Below are positions 1 to 9,986 of a stretch of 64,000 nucleotides of DNA, piece after piece. The stretch is taken from contig CAWDTA010000002.1 of assembly GCA_963805085.1 (NCBI GenBank), positions 736,001-800,000 of the forward strand. The letters are read 5' to 3'. Both the position numbers and the translations under genes were made by a program. Under the pieces are notes generated by a model. It did no database searches. It saw only the letters and a program-made list of their open reading frames with translations, and was not told the origin of the DNA. This stretch comes from an uncultured Veillonellaceae bacterium. GTDB taxonomy: Bacteria; Bacillota; Negativicutes; JARBTT01. Each line of letters starts with the position of its first letter. The first letter of the stretch is position 1.

Positions 1-2
1 TC

Positions 3-317
3 TTTAAAAACCGCTTCACAGAAAGCGAAAGAAAATCTGGTGTAACCAATTACATCATGGGGCTTTCCTTTATCACAGAAGGCGCGATTCCTTTTGCTTC
101 GGCTGACCCAGTTAGAGTTATCCCTGCTTGCATCCTCGGTTCCGCAACAGCTGGCGCTTTATCTATGGCCTTTAGCTGCGCATTACGGGCACCGCATGGC
201 GGCTTGTTTGTAGTACCAGTTATCAGTAACCCATTTGGCTATTTAGCAGCATTAGCAATTGGTTCCATCGTCGGGATGATTGTTCTTGCTGTTCTAAAAA
301 AACCACTTACTAAATAA
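3..317 (+). CDS. fruA: PTS fructose-family EIIC component, C-terminal part (5' end outside window)
   Basis: Frame open from the window start; motifs GLSFITEGAIPFA and APHGG are typical of fructose EIIC. Confidence 0.85.
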   Translation, partial: FKNRFTESERKSGVTNYIMGLSFITEGAIPFASADPVRVIPACILGSATAGALSMAFSCALRAPHGGLFVVPVISNPFGYLAALAIGSIVGMIVLAVLKKPLTK

Positions 318-351
318 TTTTGCTTACAAAAGCTACCCCTCACCTTTAAAT

Positions 352-409
352 AAAAAACGCCCGCATGAATATTACTTTCTACCAAGTAATTCATGCGGGC
401 GTTTATTTT
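352..409. terminator. Bidirectional rho-independent terminator
   Basis: Stem aaacgcccgcatgaat / attcatgcgggcgttt with A/T tracts, between convergent genes. Confidence 0.8.
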
Positions 410-418
410 AGTATGCAA

Positions 419-1078
419 TTAATTAATATCCACACTATGTACACCTTTGAGCTTCATCAAGGCTTCTGCGATATCAGCTGACTTTACGCAATGAATATTT
501 AACGTATCAATATCAATAAAAACAGTTTTTGCGGTATTTTCTTTAATTTGCAGCCCCTTAGTCTTGATATGAAAGGCTTCTAAACATTTGCCAATTTCCC
601 CTATTTGACCTGGCGTATCATCTGATTCAACAGAAATAAGCATATTTTTTTCATGGGTCACCCAATCATCCAAGCGAGATAACGTCCCTAATGTGGCAAA
701 AACTAAAAAAGAAGTAAATAATGCCCCCACATAGAAACCAGCGCCAACGGCGAGCCCCACTCCAGCTACTACCCAAAGACAAGCCGCTGTAGTTAACCCT
801 TTTATCGTCAAGCCCTCTTTCATAATCGTACCTGCACCTAAAAACCCGATTCCACTAACAACCTGAGCCGCAAGACGGGCTGGATCAGCATTGGTCAGCC
901 CTTCAACCTGTTGATAAATATGTTGCGATAACACCATAATTAAACATGATCCCAAGCATACTAATATATTGGTACGAAGACCAGCTGATTTTCTCCTTGA
1001 CTGTCGTTCATAACCAACTAGCCCACCTAAAAAGCACGCCAAAATCAATCGTAATAATAACTCCCATTCTGAAACCAT
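419..1078 (-). CDS. MgtC/SapB family membrane protein with ACT-like C-terminus
   Basis: AGLRT, DPARLAAQVVSGIGFLGAG and GLTTAA motifs. Confidence 0.9.
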   Translation of the reverse strand: MVSEWELLLRLILACFLGGLVGYERQSRRKSAGLRTNILVCLGSCLIMVLSQHIYQQVEGLTNADPARLAAQVVSGIGFLGAGTIMKEGLTIKGLTTAACLWVVAGVGLAVGAGFYVGALFTSFLVFATLGTLSRLDDWVTHEKNMLISVESDDTPGQIGEIGKCLEAFHIKTKGLQIKENTAKTVFIDIDTLNIHCVKSADIAEALMKLKGVHSVDIN

Positions 1079-1324
1079 AATTCCACCTCATATCTTTTAG
1101 CAAAGATTATTGCCATATCACTTTCTGAATATATTCTTTTTCCCTATTGTTTAGAATAAATCCTGCTATATTAAGACTATTTACCTAGCGTAAACTTACT
1201 GATCATATAGCTTTCTTCCCTATTTTAATGTAAAATAGTACTATATTACATAGAAATTTTTTAACAAACTTTATCTACAATTTACAATAGCTATCATTGT
1301 CTGATACTAGGAAGGTGATATACA

Positions 1325-2248
1325 ATGGCAAAAAAAGTTAAAAAGAGACGGAGTACTCCACCTAAAACATGGTTTGTTTGGCTAATGTTACTTTTATTTT
1401 TTCCTATCGGGTTATATCTTTTATGGAAACATAAGCTCTATGCTTTGATTCCAAGAGTCACAATCACGATATTGGTTAGCTTTTTATTGTTCACGGCTAT
1501 TTTTACTGCTATACTATATAAACATTCTTTAGACAAAAAAGCTGAGGAAGCAAACGCGGAGCCAACTACCGCGCAGCAAGCAGATCCGCTTGAAATTGCA
1601 GCTGAACATTATAATCCACAGCAATTGGCTTTTCTACAATTTTCTCAAGATTTAAACCAGGAAATAAAAATCTATACCTCAATTCAAGATGAATATAAAT
1701 TGTTAATATCCGGCATCCAAAAAAATAAAACTCCTGCGCCTGGCATAGCAGCAGCTTATATTGATACGTTCAATCGTCGCTTAGAGCAATCCAAAGAACG
1801 TATTTTAGCAATGCAACCACCAGCGACCCTCAATGATTCTGATAAACAGCTTTTATCCAGTAACCTTCAAAGCTATGCTATCTTTCTTACTGACCTTGAA
1901 GCATCTTTTATGCTAATGCAAGATAGCTTGGTTCGTTCTGATGTCGAAGCCAGTAAACTCTCTGATCAAAATCTTGAGAAAGCAAAAAATAATCTGGAGC
2001 TTATTAAAACTGATTTAACTACAGTAGCGACGGCATTAAACGTCCCTTATGACGTACGACTAGAATTTAAAAATTTAGCTAAAATTCCACCAATCAACGA
2101 AATAGTCCAACTGAATAGTGACCCAATCCAAAAACCGACTATTACAGAAAATGAAAAAACAACAGCGACCATACAATCATTGCCACAAGGTAGCGTTGAG
2201 GGAGCCCCAATTGAAATAAAAGGCGATATCATTACCATCGGCGACTAA
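1325..2248 (+). CDS. Hypothetical membrane-anchored protein
   Basis: 307-aa ORF with RBS (aaggtg), two N-terminal hydrophobic segments and a helical soluble region. Confidence 0.7.
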   Translation: MAKKVKKRRSTPPKTWFVWLMLLLFFPIGLYLLWKHKLYALIPRVTITILVSFLLFTAIFTAILYKHSLDKKAEEANAEPTTAQQADPLEIAAEHYNPQQLAFLQFSQDLNQEIKIYTSIQDEYKLLISGIQKNKTPAPGIAAAYIDTFNRRLEQSKERILAMQPPATLNDSDKQLLSSNLQSYAIFLTDLEASFMLMQDSLVRSDVEASKLSDQNLEKAKNNLELIKTDLTTVATALNVPYDVRLEFKNLAKIPPINEIVQLNSDPIQKPTITENEKTTATIQSLPQGSVEGAPIEIKGDIITIGD

Positions 2249-2318
2249 AAAGCGGGCTGTTTTAAATACATATTTTTTCAGAAAAACATCTAACTGATAT
2301 AATAAATTGCATAAAAAC

Positions 2319-2364
2319 AAAAGTGGTATAAATAGTAGCGAACGGCTAAATTTATACCACTTTT
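2319..2364. terminator. Bidirectional terminator
   Basis: Inverted repeat aaaagtggtataaat / atttataccactttt between convergent genes. Confidence 0.7.
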
Positions 2365-2407
2365 TCCTTTATTTACGTTCCTTTTCCAGATTATTTTCCC
2401 TTAAAAA

Positions 2408-3325
2408 CTACTCTGAACTAACTCCATCATAAACAACGCTGCAATTCTTACCACTTTCCTTACCTTGATACAATGCAGCATCAGCAAAAGAAATATTTTT
2501 TTCCATTGTCAAATTAGGTGAAATTTGTACTAACCCAAAGGTAATGGTCACGCTAAAATAATTTTCCTTATATTTTATCTTTTTCTGGGCAATTTCTTCG
2601 CGAATCGTTTCAATAAAGATCTTTGCCGTATCAACAGTAACATTAGGGAAGAAAATAATAAACTCTTCACCACCCCACCTAGCGACAATATCATTCGCAC
2701 GGCAGACCCCATTCATAATACTCGCAACAGAATTTAAAACTTGATCCCCCATAGAATGGCCATAGGTGTCATTTATTTTTTTAAAGTTATCAATATCGCC
2801 CAATGCAATGACCATATTATCGGTATAACTATCTAATTGCATTTTTAATTTATTGGTAAAGTAACGTCGACTATAAATTTTAGTTAAGTAATCATGATTT
2901 ACCATCTTAGTCATTTCTTTAATTACCATATTGAGCTCGTTTTTGGCCCTTTGATTTTCTAAATGAACCATTACACGTGCCTTTAATTCCATCGGTACAA
3001 ATGGTTTGGCAATATAATCAACCCCACCATATTCAAAACATTGAATAATAATGTCACTATCTTGCTTTGCTGTAATAAACATAATAGGAATATTAGCTGT
3101 GATTGGAGAGGTTTTCAATTGTTTACATATTGCAAAACCATCGGTCTTCGGCAATATGAGATCAAGCAAAATTAAGTTCGGCTGTAACTCCGTCGCTAAT
3201 TTTAGTCCTTCTTCGCCAGTATGTGCTTTTACAATATCTAAACAATCCATCCTCAGGATATCTTCAACGATTTTACAAATTAAGGCACTATCATCTATCA
3301 CAAGTACTGTTTCTTTGCTTACCAT
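2408..3325 (-). CDS. Response-regulator diguanylate cyclase (REC + GGDEF)
   Basis: Receiver motifs LVIDD, LILLD and KPF; RWGGEEF active site with RxxD I-site (RAND); RBS ggaggt. Confidence 0.92.
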   Translation of the reverse strand: MVSKETVLVIDDSALICKIVEDILRMDCLDIVKAHTGEEGLKLATELQPNLILLDLILPKTDGFAICKQLKTSPITANIPIMFITAKQDSDIIIQCFEYGGVDYIAKPFVPMELKARVMVHLENQRAKNELNMVIKEMTKMVNHDYLTKIYSRRYFTNKLKMQLDSYTDNMVIALGDIDNFKKINDTYGHSMGDQVLNSVASIMNGVCRANDIVARWGGEEFIIFFPNVTVDTAKIFIETIREEIAQKKIKYKENYFSVTITFGLVQISPNLTMEKNISFADAALYQGKESGKNCSVVYDGVSSE

Positions 3326-3490
3326 ATCCAAACCTCCAATCGTTGCAAAATACTGATTGACTACAACGAATCTACTTATAATGCATAGATTCTACATGGA
3401 TATCCTTGTATCCTTTTCGTTTTAGCCCCTGTTTACTAGTTTAGACAAATATCTTTTTTATCTTTTATCATAATACTAAATTACAATAAC

Positions 3491-3520
3491 TGTGGATAAT
3501 GTGTATAACAAAGTGCATAA
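3491..3520. promoter_or_regulatory. Cluster of three co-oriented DnaA-box-like 9-mers
   Basis: tgtggataa (3491), tgtgtataa (3500) and agtgcataa (3512) are reverse complements of TTATNCACA; the last has 1 mismatch. Confidence 0.55.
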
Positions 3521-3717
3521 CTACACCTAAATATAAAATAACTATCAACGTTATTAGATCAAGAATACCGCAAATTAATACTGATTTTGTCATCTACCAC
3601 TATTTTTATGTAACACATTGCACTTTATTTTCATAAGCTACCACAAATAATAAAAAAAAAGTTAGCTCCGGGTAATAGACTTACCTTACACTAACTCTTA
3701 CTTTGGAGGTTGATTTG

Positions 3718-3963
3718 ATGAATACAAATGCAATGCCAATCCCAACTCTTGCACAACTAAATATCGGTCAAACTTGCCACATTAATACAATAGAACTGAC
3801 TGGTTTATTAAAAAGGCGCATTTTAGATTTAGGTCTAGTTCCTGGCACCTTAGTAGAGTGCGTTCGCCGTAGTCCCTCAGGAAACCCCAGCGCTTATCAC
3901 GTTCGCGGTACCACGATTGCCCTCCGTAATGAAGATGCAGATTTTATTAAAGTAAAGCTGTAA
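3718..3963 (+). CDS. feoA: Ferrous iron transport protein A
   Basis: RRILDLGLVPG...SPSGNP motif, directly upstream of feoB. Confidence 0.92.
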   Translation: MNTNAMPIPTLAQLNIGQTCHINTIELTGLLKRRILDLGLVPGTLVECVRRSPSGNPSAYHVRGTTIALRNEDADFIKVKL

Positions 3964-4002
3964 GGAAAGTGAATCCTTTCCTATTATCTAGGAGGAAAGA
4001 AC

Positions 4003-5946
4003 ATGCTTGAAAATCGTATGAAACACCTAGCACTTTTAAAAAACCGTTTTCATATTATCGCTAGCCCCCAACAGTTCATTGTCGCACTGGCCGGTAACCC
4101 CAATGTTGGTAAAAGTACTATCTTTAATGAACTAACCGGACTAAGACAACATACTGGCAACTGGCCGGGAAAAACCGTCGATAACGCCCAAGGAACCTTT
4201 CATTACTTTGAACAAGAGTTTCTACTCGTTGATTTACCAGGAACTTATTCGATCATGGCCCATAGCGTAGAGGAAGAAATCGCCCGTGATTTTATTTGTG
4301 ATGCAGAGCCAGACGCAACACTCATCGTAATTGACGCCTCCTGTCTCGAGCGCAATCTAAACTTAACCTTACAAATCATGAACATTACTTCTAAAGTTGT
4401 CGTCTGCGTCAATCTCCTTGATGAAGCCAAACGGAAAGGCATTGAAGTTGATCTCAAACGATTAAGCAAAGAACTTGGTGTTCCTGTCGTGGGTACAACG
4501 GCACGTACAGGTGAAGGGCTAGATAAATTAAAAGAAACGCTATTCGAAGTTGCCAATAACGAATTACTTATTATTCCTCGTAAAGTGAAACAAGATCAAC
4601 CCCCTTATGATGATCTTGCAAAAGATGAAGATAAAATCGTTGCCGCACTGTATCAGCAGGCCGAACAAATCAGTGAACATGTCGTTCGTAAAACAGAAAC
4701 ACTCAAAAAGTCCATCGAGCACCGCCTTGATGATTTATTGACCTCACGTTGGTTTGGCTACCCTACCATGCTATTACTACTCTGCGGTATCTTCTGGCTT
4801 ACGATTGTAGGGGCTAACCTACCTTCTGAGGTACTTGCCAGCGCGTTGTTTGCTTTACAAGATCGTTTAACCGAATTATTTATAAAACTAGATGCACCAA
4901 CTTGGCTACATGGTCTCCTCGTGCTTGGTATGTACCGTTCGCTTGCCTGGGTCGTCGCCGTAATGCTTCCACCAATGGCTATTTTTTTTCCACTCTTTAC
5001 CCTCTTAGAAGATTTGGGCTACTTACCACGCATCGCTTTTAACTTAGATCATGCTTTCAAGAAATGTCACTCTTGCGGTAAACAGATTCTTACCATGTGT
5101 ATGGGCTTTGGCTGTAATGCTGCTGGCATCGTTGCCTGTCGCATTATCGATTCACCACGGGAACGTCTCATTGCGTTGATCACCAACAATCTGGTTCCTT
5201 GCAATGGTCGTTTTCCTACCCTCATTGCCATTTCAACCATCTTTATCGCGGGAATGTTCGAACCAGAACTATCCTCCGTGATTACTGCCATTAGCATCAC
5301 AGTTATCGTTTTGCTGGGGATTTTACTTACCTTTATCAGTGCATGGGTTTTGTCTCATACCATCTTAAAAGGGGAACCGTCCACCAATATCCTAGAGCTC
5401 CCTCCCTACCGCATGCCACAATTCGGTGCCGTTATTTATCGATCCATCATTGACCGCACTTTATTTGTCCTAAAGCGCGCCGTCATCATGGCTGCACCTG
5501 CTGGTGCAATTACTTGGCTACTTGGCAACATCATCGTCGGTGAGTATAGCTTATTACAACACCTCGCCGAGCTGTTACAACCATTGGCTTACTACCTCGG
5601 TTTAGATGGTGTCATCTTGCTTGCTTTTATTCTCGGTTTACCAGCAAATGAAATCGTCATACCAATTATCCTGATGACCTATCTTTCTACCGGGCAAATA
5701 ACCGAAGCAGCCAGCTTAAGTGAGTTAAAAGATATTCTCCTCGCCAACGGCTGGACCTTACTGACCGCCATTAACACCATGCTCTTCTGCCTGCTTCACT
5801 GGCCATGTACAACAACTCTTCTCTCCGCCTACAAAGAAACCGGCAGTGCAAAATGGACCGCCGCAGCCTTCGCACTGCCAACGATTCTCGGTATTATTTT
5901 ATGCGCAACACTTGCCTTCACCACGAGAATTTTAGGGCTTGCCTAA
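4003..5946 (+). CDS. feoB: Ferrous iron transport protein B
   Basis: GNPNVGKS, GNWPGKTV and DLPGTYS GTPase motifs; MGFGCN gate motif; membrane domain. Confidence 0.95.
   Translation: MLENRMKHLALLKNRFHIIASPQQFIVALAGNPNVGKSTIFNELTGLRQHTGNWPGKTVDNAQGTFHYFEQEFLLVDLPGTYSIMAHSVEEEIARDFICDAEPDATLIVIDASCLERNLNLTLQIMNITSKVVVCVNLLDEAKRKGIEVDLKRLSKELGVPVVGTTARTGEGLDKLKETLFEVANNELLIIPRKVKQDQPPYDDLAKDEDKIVAALYQQAEQISEHVVRKTETLKKSIEHRLDDLLTSRWFGYPTMLLLLCGIFWLTIVGANLPSEVLASALFALQDRLTELFIKLDAPTWLHGLLVLGMYRSLAWVVAVMLPPMAIFFPLFTLLEDLGYLPRIAFNLDHAFKKCHSCGKQILTMCMGFGCNAAGIVACRIIDSPRERLIALITNNLVPCNGRFPTLIAISTIFIAGMFEPELSSVITAISITVIVLLGILLTFISAWVLSHTILKGEPSTNILELPPYRMPQFGAVIYRSIIDRTLFVLKRAVIMAAPAGAITWLLGNIIVGEYSLLQHLAELLQPLAYYLGLDGVILLAFILGLPANEIVIPIILMTYLSTGQITEAASLSELKDILLANGWTLLTAINTMLFCLLHWPCTTTLLSAYKETGSAKWTAAAFALPTILGIILCATLAFTTRILGLA
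5907..5946 (+). repeat. feoB 3' end, direct repeat with 13219-13258
   Basis: 37/40 nt identical by manual alignment. Confidence 0.85.
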
Positions 5947-5949
5947 GTC

Positions 5950-6197
5950 ATAACTACCCGTCCAACGGGTAGTTTGCACGTAGGCTGTAAGCCGCTATTA
6001 CTAGCCAGCCTCTAAAGGTGCTGCCTTTCACTTTGTTCACGCCACTATGTTTTTGTCATCTTTGCTATCCCTCAAGGGATATTTGTATTATTTTACTTTT
6101 TACCCTTAAAAGGGTCTTTATATTCTCTAACACCTAATTTATCTAATTCCTGATCCTGTTTCTCTTGCTCATGTATATATTTTTTATAGTGGCTTCA
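5950..6197 (-). mobile_element. IS200-type remnant (3' end of element plus degenerate tnpA C-terminus)
   Basis: Aligns with about 12303-12553 of the intact copy, including hairpin acccgtccaacgggt; many substitutions. Confidence 0.88.
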
Positions 6198-6261
6198 ATG
6201 TGTATCCCAAATTTTTAAACTAGATGTCTTGATATTTTCTCTACATAATTCGGCATATATG

Positions 6262-7224
6262 TTAATATTTAATACCTTTCCAATAAATAGGCGTGCATAT
6301 TTCCGCGATTGCTGGCAAATGAACATCTTTCAAAGCCCATTTTTTGAATTCTTCAAAACCCGTTCTGTCCACAATATACCCGATATGTTCTTTACCCCCG
6401 GGCGCAAATGAATCTATATAATTTTTCACATAGTCGTAGGTATTGCAGATGATTTTAATAATGCTATCTTCATCCGCCCATTTTATAAAGTCTTCGCCCA
6501 AACGGGGATTTTTCTTACCGGTTCTGCCGAAAATAGTTAAACGGAAGTATTTATCATGGCTGCGCGTCCAAGCTCCAGTTGGGCAATTCAACACACACTG
6601 ACCGCAACCAATGCACTTACTGGCGTCATGTACTACCTTAAAGTTTACTGTTTTCAAAGCGCTTACTGAATTTTTGGTACAGGTTTTTACACAGGCACCA
6701 CAACTGACACAGCGTTCCTTGTCATATTGAGGCAAGGTCATACCCATAATACCAAAATCATGCATTCTTACTTTTGCGCAGTCATTAGGACAGCCAGTAA
6801 GAGCCACCTTAAAATGCAGGTCATTGGGGAAAATTGTCTTTTCAATCTTCATCGCAAATGCAGAGGTGTTATAACAAGCGTAAGGGCATACATTGTTTCC
6901 AACACAGGCTGTAACATTTCTTGTACCAGAAGAAGTATACCCTTGTCCCAAAACTTCTTGATTAATATCCAATCCCTCAATAATCGGTTGAATCAGCTCA
7001 TTTACCTTAGGCATATCTTCAAATTTAATACCCGGAATTTCAAATCCCTGCCGGGTTGTAATATTGACGATACCGTTGCCATAAGTTTCTGCAATATTTT
7101 GAATCATCCCTAAGTATTTTGCTTCCAAATAACCACCCGGAACACGAATACGGGAAGCAGTAAAACCTCTATGTTTTGTCACACGAAATGCATTCTTTTT
7201 TAGTTTTTGGGTATTAACGTCCAT
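6262..7224 (-). CDS. asrC: Anaerobic sulfite reductase subunit C (siroheme)
   Basis: TTRQG, ACVGNNVC and TGCPNDC siroheme/FeS motifs plus a ferredoxin insert. Confidence 0.92.
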   Translation of the reverse strand: MDVNTQKLKKNAFRVTKHRGFTASRIRVPGGYLEAKYLGMIQNIAETYGNGIVNITTRQGFEIPGIKFEDMPKVNELIQPIIEGLDINQEVLGQGYTSSGTRNVTACVGNNVCPYACYNTSAFAMKIEKTIFPNDLHFKVALTGCPNDCAKVRMHDFGIMGMTLPQYDKERCVSCGACVKTCTKNSVSALKTVNFKVVHDASKCIGCGQCVLNCPTGAWTRSHDKYFRLTIFGRTGKKNPRLGEDFIKWADEDSIIKIICNTYDYVKNYIDSFAPGGKEHIGYIVDRTGFEEFKKWALKDVHLPAIAEICTPIYWKGIKY

Positions 7225-7239
7225 TTGATACCATCCCTT

Positions 7240-8034
7240 CTAATCAAGCAATTGACGGCCTTTTACAAAATTGAATACAGGTCCGTCCAGACAAATATAG
7301 GTGTCATTAATTTTACAATGGCCGCATTTTCCTATGCCGCAGCACATTTTTCGTTCATAGGAAATCCAAATATTTTTCTCGTGGAATCCTCTTTCTAAAA
7401 GCCCTTGTGTGGTAAATTTCATCATCATCGGAGGCCCAACGACAATTGCAGTCGCTTCGTTGACATTTTTAAAATTCAACCGCGGAATATATTGAGTGAC
7501 CAACCCAATTTTGCAGGTAGTATCGTTCTCCGCACTGTCTACAGTCAAAATGACATCCATCTTTTGCTTCCAGCGGCCAAAATCTTCACGAAACAAAATA
7601 TCCTTTGGTGTCTTAAACCCTGCAATCAGCGTCATGCCTTTTGTTTCTTCGATTTGGCTACAAAAATAATCGACTATACCCTTTACCGGGGAAAGACCGG
7701 TTCCTCCGACAATCACAACAAGTTCTTTTTCTTTGTAGTTGCCTATGTCAAAGCCATTGCCGTAAGGACCGCGCATAAATAGTTTATCACCAACGTAATG
7801 CTCAAAAATTTCATTGGTAACTTTACCAACGCGGCGGATGGTCAAATCCACTGTGCCATTGCCGATACCGCTTACAGATATAGGAGCTTCACCATACTTT
7901 GGGATTGATACTTCAAAAAACTGTCCGGGTCTCACATTCCCCTTATAAGTAAGACGAAAGGTATATTCAAGGTCTGTATGTTTAATGACATCCTTAATTT
8001 CAGACAAGAAGGGAAGGTACTCATTTGACTGCAT
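7240..8034 (-). CDS. asrB: Anaerobic sulfite reductase subunit B
   Basis: RGPYGNGF, GGTGLSP and ERKMCCGIGKCGHC motifs; RBS aaggagg. Confidence 0.92.
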   Translation of the reverse strand: MQSNEYLPFLSEIKDVIKHTDLEYTFRLTYKGNVRPGQFFEVSIPKYGEAPISVSGIGNGTVDLTIRRVGKVTNEIFEHYVGDKLFMRGPYGNGFDIGNYKEKELVVIVGGTGLSPVKGIVDYFCSQIEETKGMTLIAGFKTPKDILFREDFGRWKQKMDVILTVDSAENDTTCKIGLVTQYIPRLNFKNVNEATAIVVGPPMMMKFTTQGLLERGFHEKNIWISYERKMCCGIGKCGHCKINDTYICLDGPVFNFVKGRQLLD

Positions 8035-9043
8035 TGCCAGACACCTCCTTAATTGCTGCATCTAGTTTATTTATGGAATTAGAAAAAGATATATACTCAG
8101 GGCAGATATCGTCGCAGCGTCCGCATCCAACGCACATATGATACCCGTTTCGTTTTTTGTAATCATACACTTTATGCAGTACTTTAAAACGCATTCGCTG
8201 TCCGTTTTTTTTGCGGTAGCAACCACCGCCTGCAACATCAGTAAAGCCATCCACCATACAAGATGCCAATACCCGGCGGCGTTCTCCAACTTTTCCGTTA
8301 TCTGTATAGAATATATCCTGCATAGTGAAGCAGGTACAGGTGGGGCAGACAAAATTGCAGCGTCCGCAGTTAATACAGCGACTGTCATACTCATCCCATA
8401 TTTTCGAGTTCGCAATATCCGGCGTGATTCCATCTGGTATATGAACATGCGTCTTATTTTCAGTTACATATGATGGAACTACATCAGGTGTTCTAATGCT
8501 ACAGGCAGTAAAGAGTGCTTTCCACGCATCATTATGATTATCCACATATATCTCGCCGTTCTTAATTTCAATGTAAGCATCATAATTATCGGTACGGTTA
8601 GTTCCCATATCGACACAAAAACAGTTTTCAAATGAATTCTGACAGCCAATTAAGATAAACTTTACTTTATCCCGCAGACGTTTATAATAGTAATCTTCAC
8701 AGCCGTTTTCAAGATAAATTGCATCCAGCCGTTTCACCGCATGAATATCGCAGCTGCGTAATAAGATAATTGTCCCTTTTGGGAGAAGCTCAGCTTCTTT
8801 TACCATGTCTTCGGTAAAAAAGAATAAAGTCTGCGACAGAGGCAGCAATATCTCCTTAAATGAATAATCTGATTTACGATCAAAAATAATTTCTTCAACT
8901 GTATGAATTTCTCCATAACTGATACGATCAGTATCTGAGAAACTTCCCCCATCCTTAAAAATCTTGGGAGCATAAACGATATATTCTTTTGACCATTCAT
9001 TTAATACCTGATTGAATCCATACTTATCTAGACAATAGCCCAT
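8021..9043 (-). CDS. asrA: Anaerobic sulfite reductase subunit A
   Basis: CINCGRCNFVCPTCTCF and CVGCGRCDDICP clusters. Confidence 0.92.
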   Translation of the reverse strand: MGYCLDKYGFNQVLNEWSKEYIVYAPKIFKDGGSFSDTDRISYGEIHTVEEIIFDRKSDYSFKEILLPLSQTLFFFTEDMVKEAELLPKGTIILLRSCDIHAVKRLDAIYLENGCEDYYYKRLRDKVKFILIGCQNSFENCFCVDMGTNRTDNYDAYIEIKNGEIYVDNHNDAWKALFTACSIRTPDVVPSYVTENKTHVHIPDGITPDIANSKIWDEYDSRCINCGRCNFVCPTCTCFTMQDIFYTDNGKVGERRRVLASCMVDGFTDVAGGGCYRKKNGQRMRFKVLHKVYDYKKRNGYHMCVGCGRCDDICPEYISFSNSINKLDAAIKEVSGNAVK

Positions 9044-9046
9044 GTT

Positions 9047-9167
9047 TACACCTCTTTCTCTTTTGATGTGACGTAGTTATGGAATGTCAATGAAAGAAAT
9101 TGCATCAACTATATTCTCTAACGTGACAAGAGTGATGTTAGAGAAACATCCTTTTTTCCATATACAT
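9047..9167 (-). pseudogene. Probable remnant of a formate/nitrite transporter (NirC-like) with most of the gene deleted
   Basis: RBS aaggag and ATG at 9167, then NITLVTLENIVDAISFIDIP resembling the FNT C-terminal VTLGN.IG motif; lies directly before asrA. Confidence 0.4.
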
Positions 9168-9210
9168 AAGAAAATTCTCCTTGTTCAAATTTTTTTATCT
9201 TATTATATAA

Positions 9211-9254
9211 ATTATATAATAAGATAAAAAAAACTGCCGTGATAGCACTCACGG
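9211..9254 (-). promoter_or_regulatory. Class II Crp/Fnr-type promoter for asrABC
   Basis: Perfect CCGTGA-N6-TCACGG at 9237-9254 and minus-strand TATAAT at 9216-9211, placing the site near -41.5. Confidence 0.7.
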
Positions 9255-9941
9255 TAGCTTAAAATATTTTGATAATTCATCGCGGTCTTTTATCGTAATT
9301 TTGCCGTCATGCATCCTAATCAATCCTCGTCTAACCAAATCTTTTAACTGACGCGAAACAGTCTCGCGTTTAGAACCCAACATGTCTGCAAGATAGGTAA
9401 TACTTAAATCCAAATTGATTTTAGTTCCATCTTCACAAAGAACTCCGTAATCGCTGGATAGTTTCCATAGTTTGGCAGCAATGCGCTTATCTCCGCGCAC
9501 AGAATTGGAGGTATTTTTTAGTTGCCGATAAAGCTGTCTCACTTTTATGGAGAGGGAATCTAAAACGATTTTGGTAAGTGCAAAATCATTCTCCATAACG
9601 CGCAGAAAGTCTGTTTTATCAAAGCAGACAATTTGTGCGTCATCAAATGCTTCGCAATTGATTGAAGCAGGGAGACCCTGCAAAATCACCTCATTTATAA
9701 GCTTTCCTTGGTCTAAAATAAAAATGACTTTTTTCTCCCCATGAGAGTTGACTTTATAGAGTGAAACAAGACCGCTTACAACAATATAAACCATCTCCAC
9801 TGGTTCTTTATCAAGAAATAAATGTTCCCCCTTAGATAGGCAACGCATCGTTCCACAGGATGACAAAGCTGTAATAGAATTGGGGGTTACTTGCCGGAAT
9901 ACTTCAAGAGGTGCAAGTGCCTCGCTTATACTTTTATTCAT
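9249..9941 (-). CDS. Crp/Fnr family transcriptional regulator
   Basis: cNMP-binding-like N-domain and HTH LADMLGSKRETVSR. Confidence 0.92.
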   Translation of the reverse strand: MNKSISEALAPLEVFRQVTPNSITALSSCGTMRCLSKGEHLFLDKEPVEMVYIVVSGLVSLYKVNSHGEKKVIFILDQGKLINEVILQGLPASINCEAFDDAQIVCFDKTDFLRVMENDFALTKIVLDSLSIKVRQLYRQLKNTSNSVRGDKRIAAKLWKLSSDYGVLCEDGTKINLDLSITYLADMLGSKRETVSRQLKDLVRRGLIRMHDGKITIKDRDELSKYFKLP

Positions 9942-9986
9942 AATCATCACCAATGTCTCTATTGATTTCGAAGCAACTTAAAACTG

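Noticed and set aside
1325-2248. Hypothetical membrane protein as a phage-related gene
   Set aside because: No phage context and no diagnostic domain
3659-3684. Possible DtxR/MntR box upstream of feoA (gttagctccgggtaat)
   Set aside because: Imperfect palindrome, single instance; plausible but unsupported
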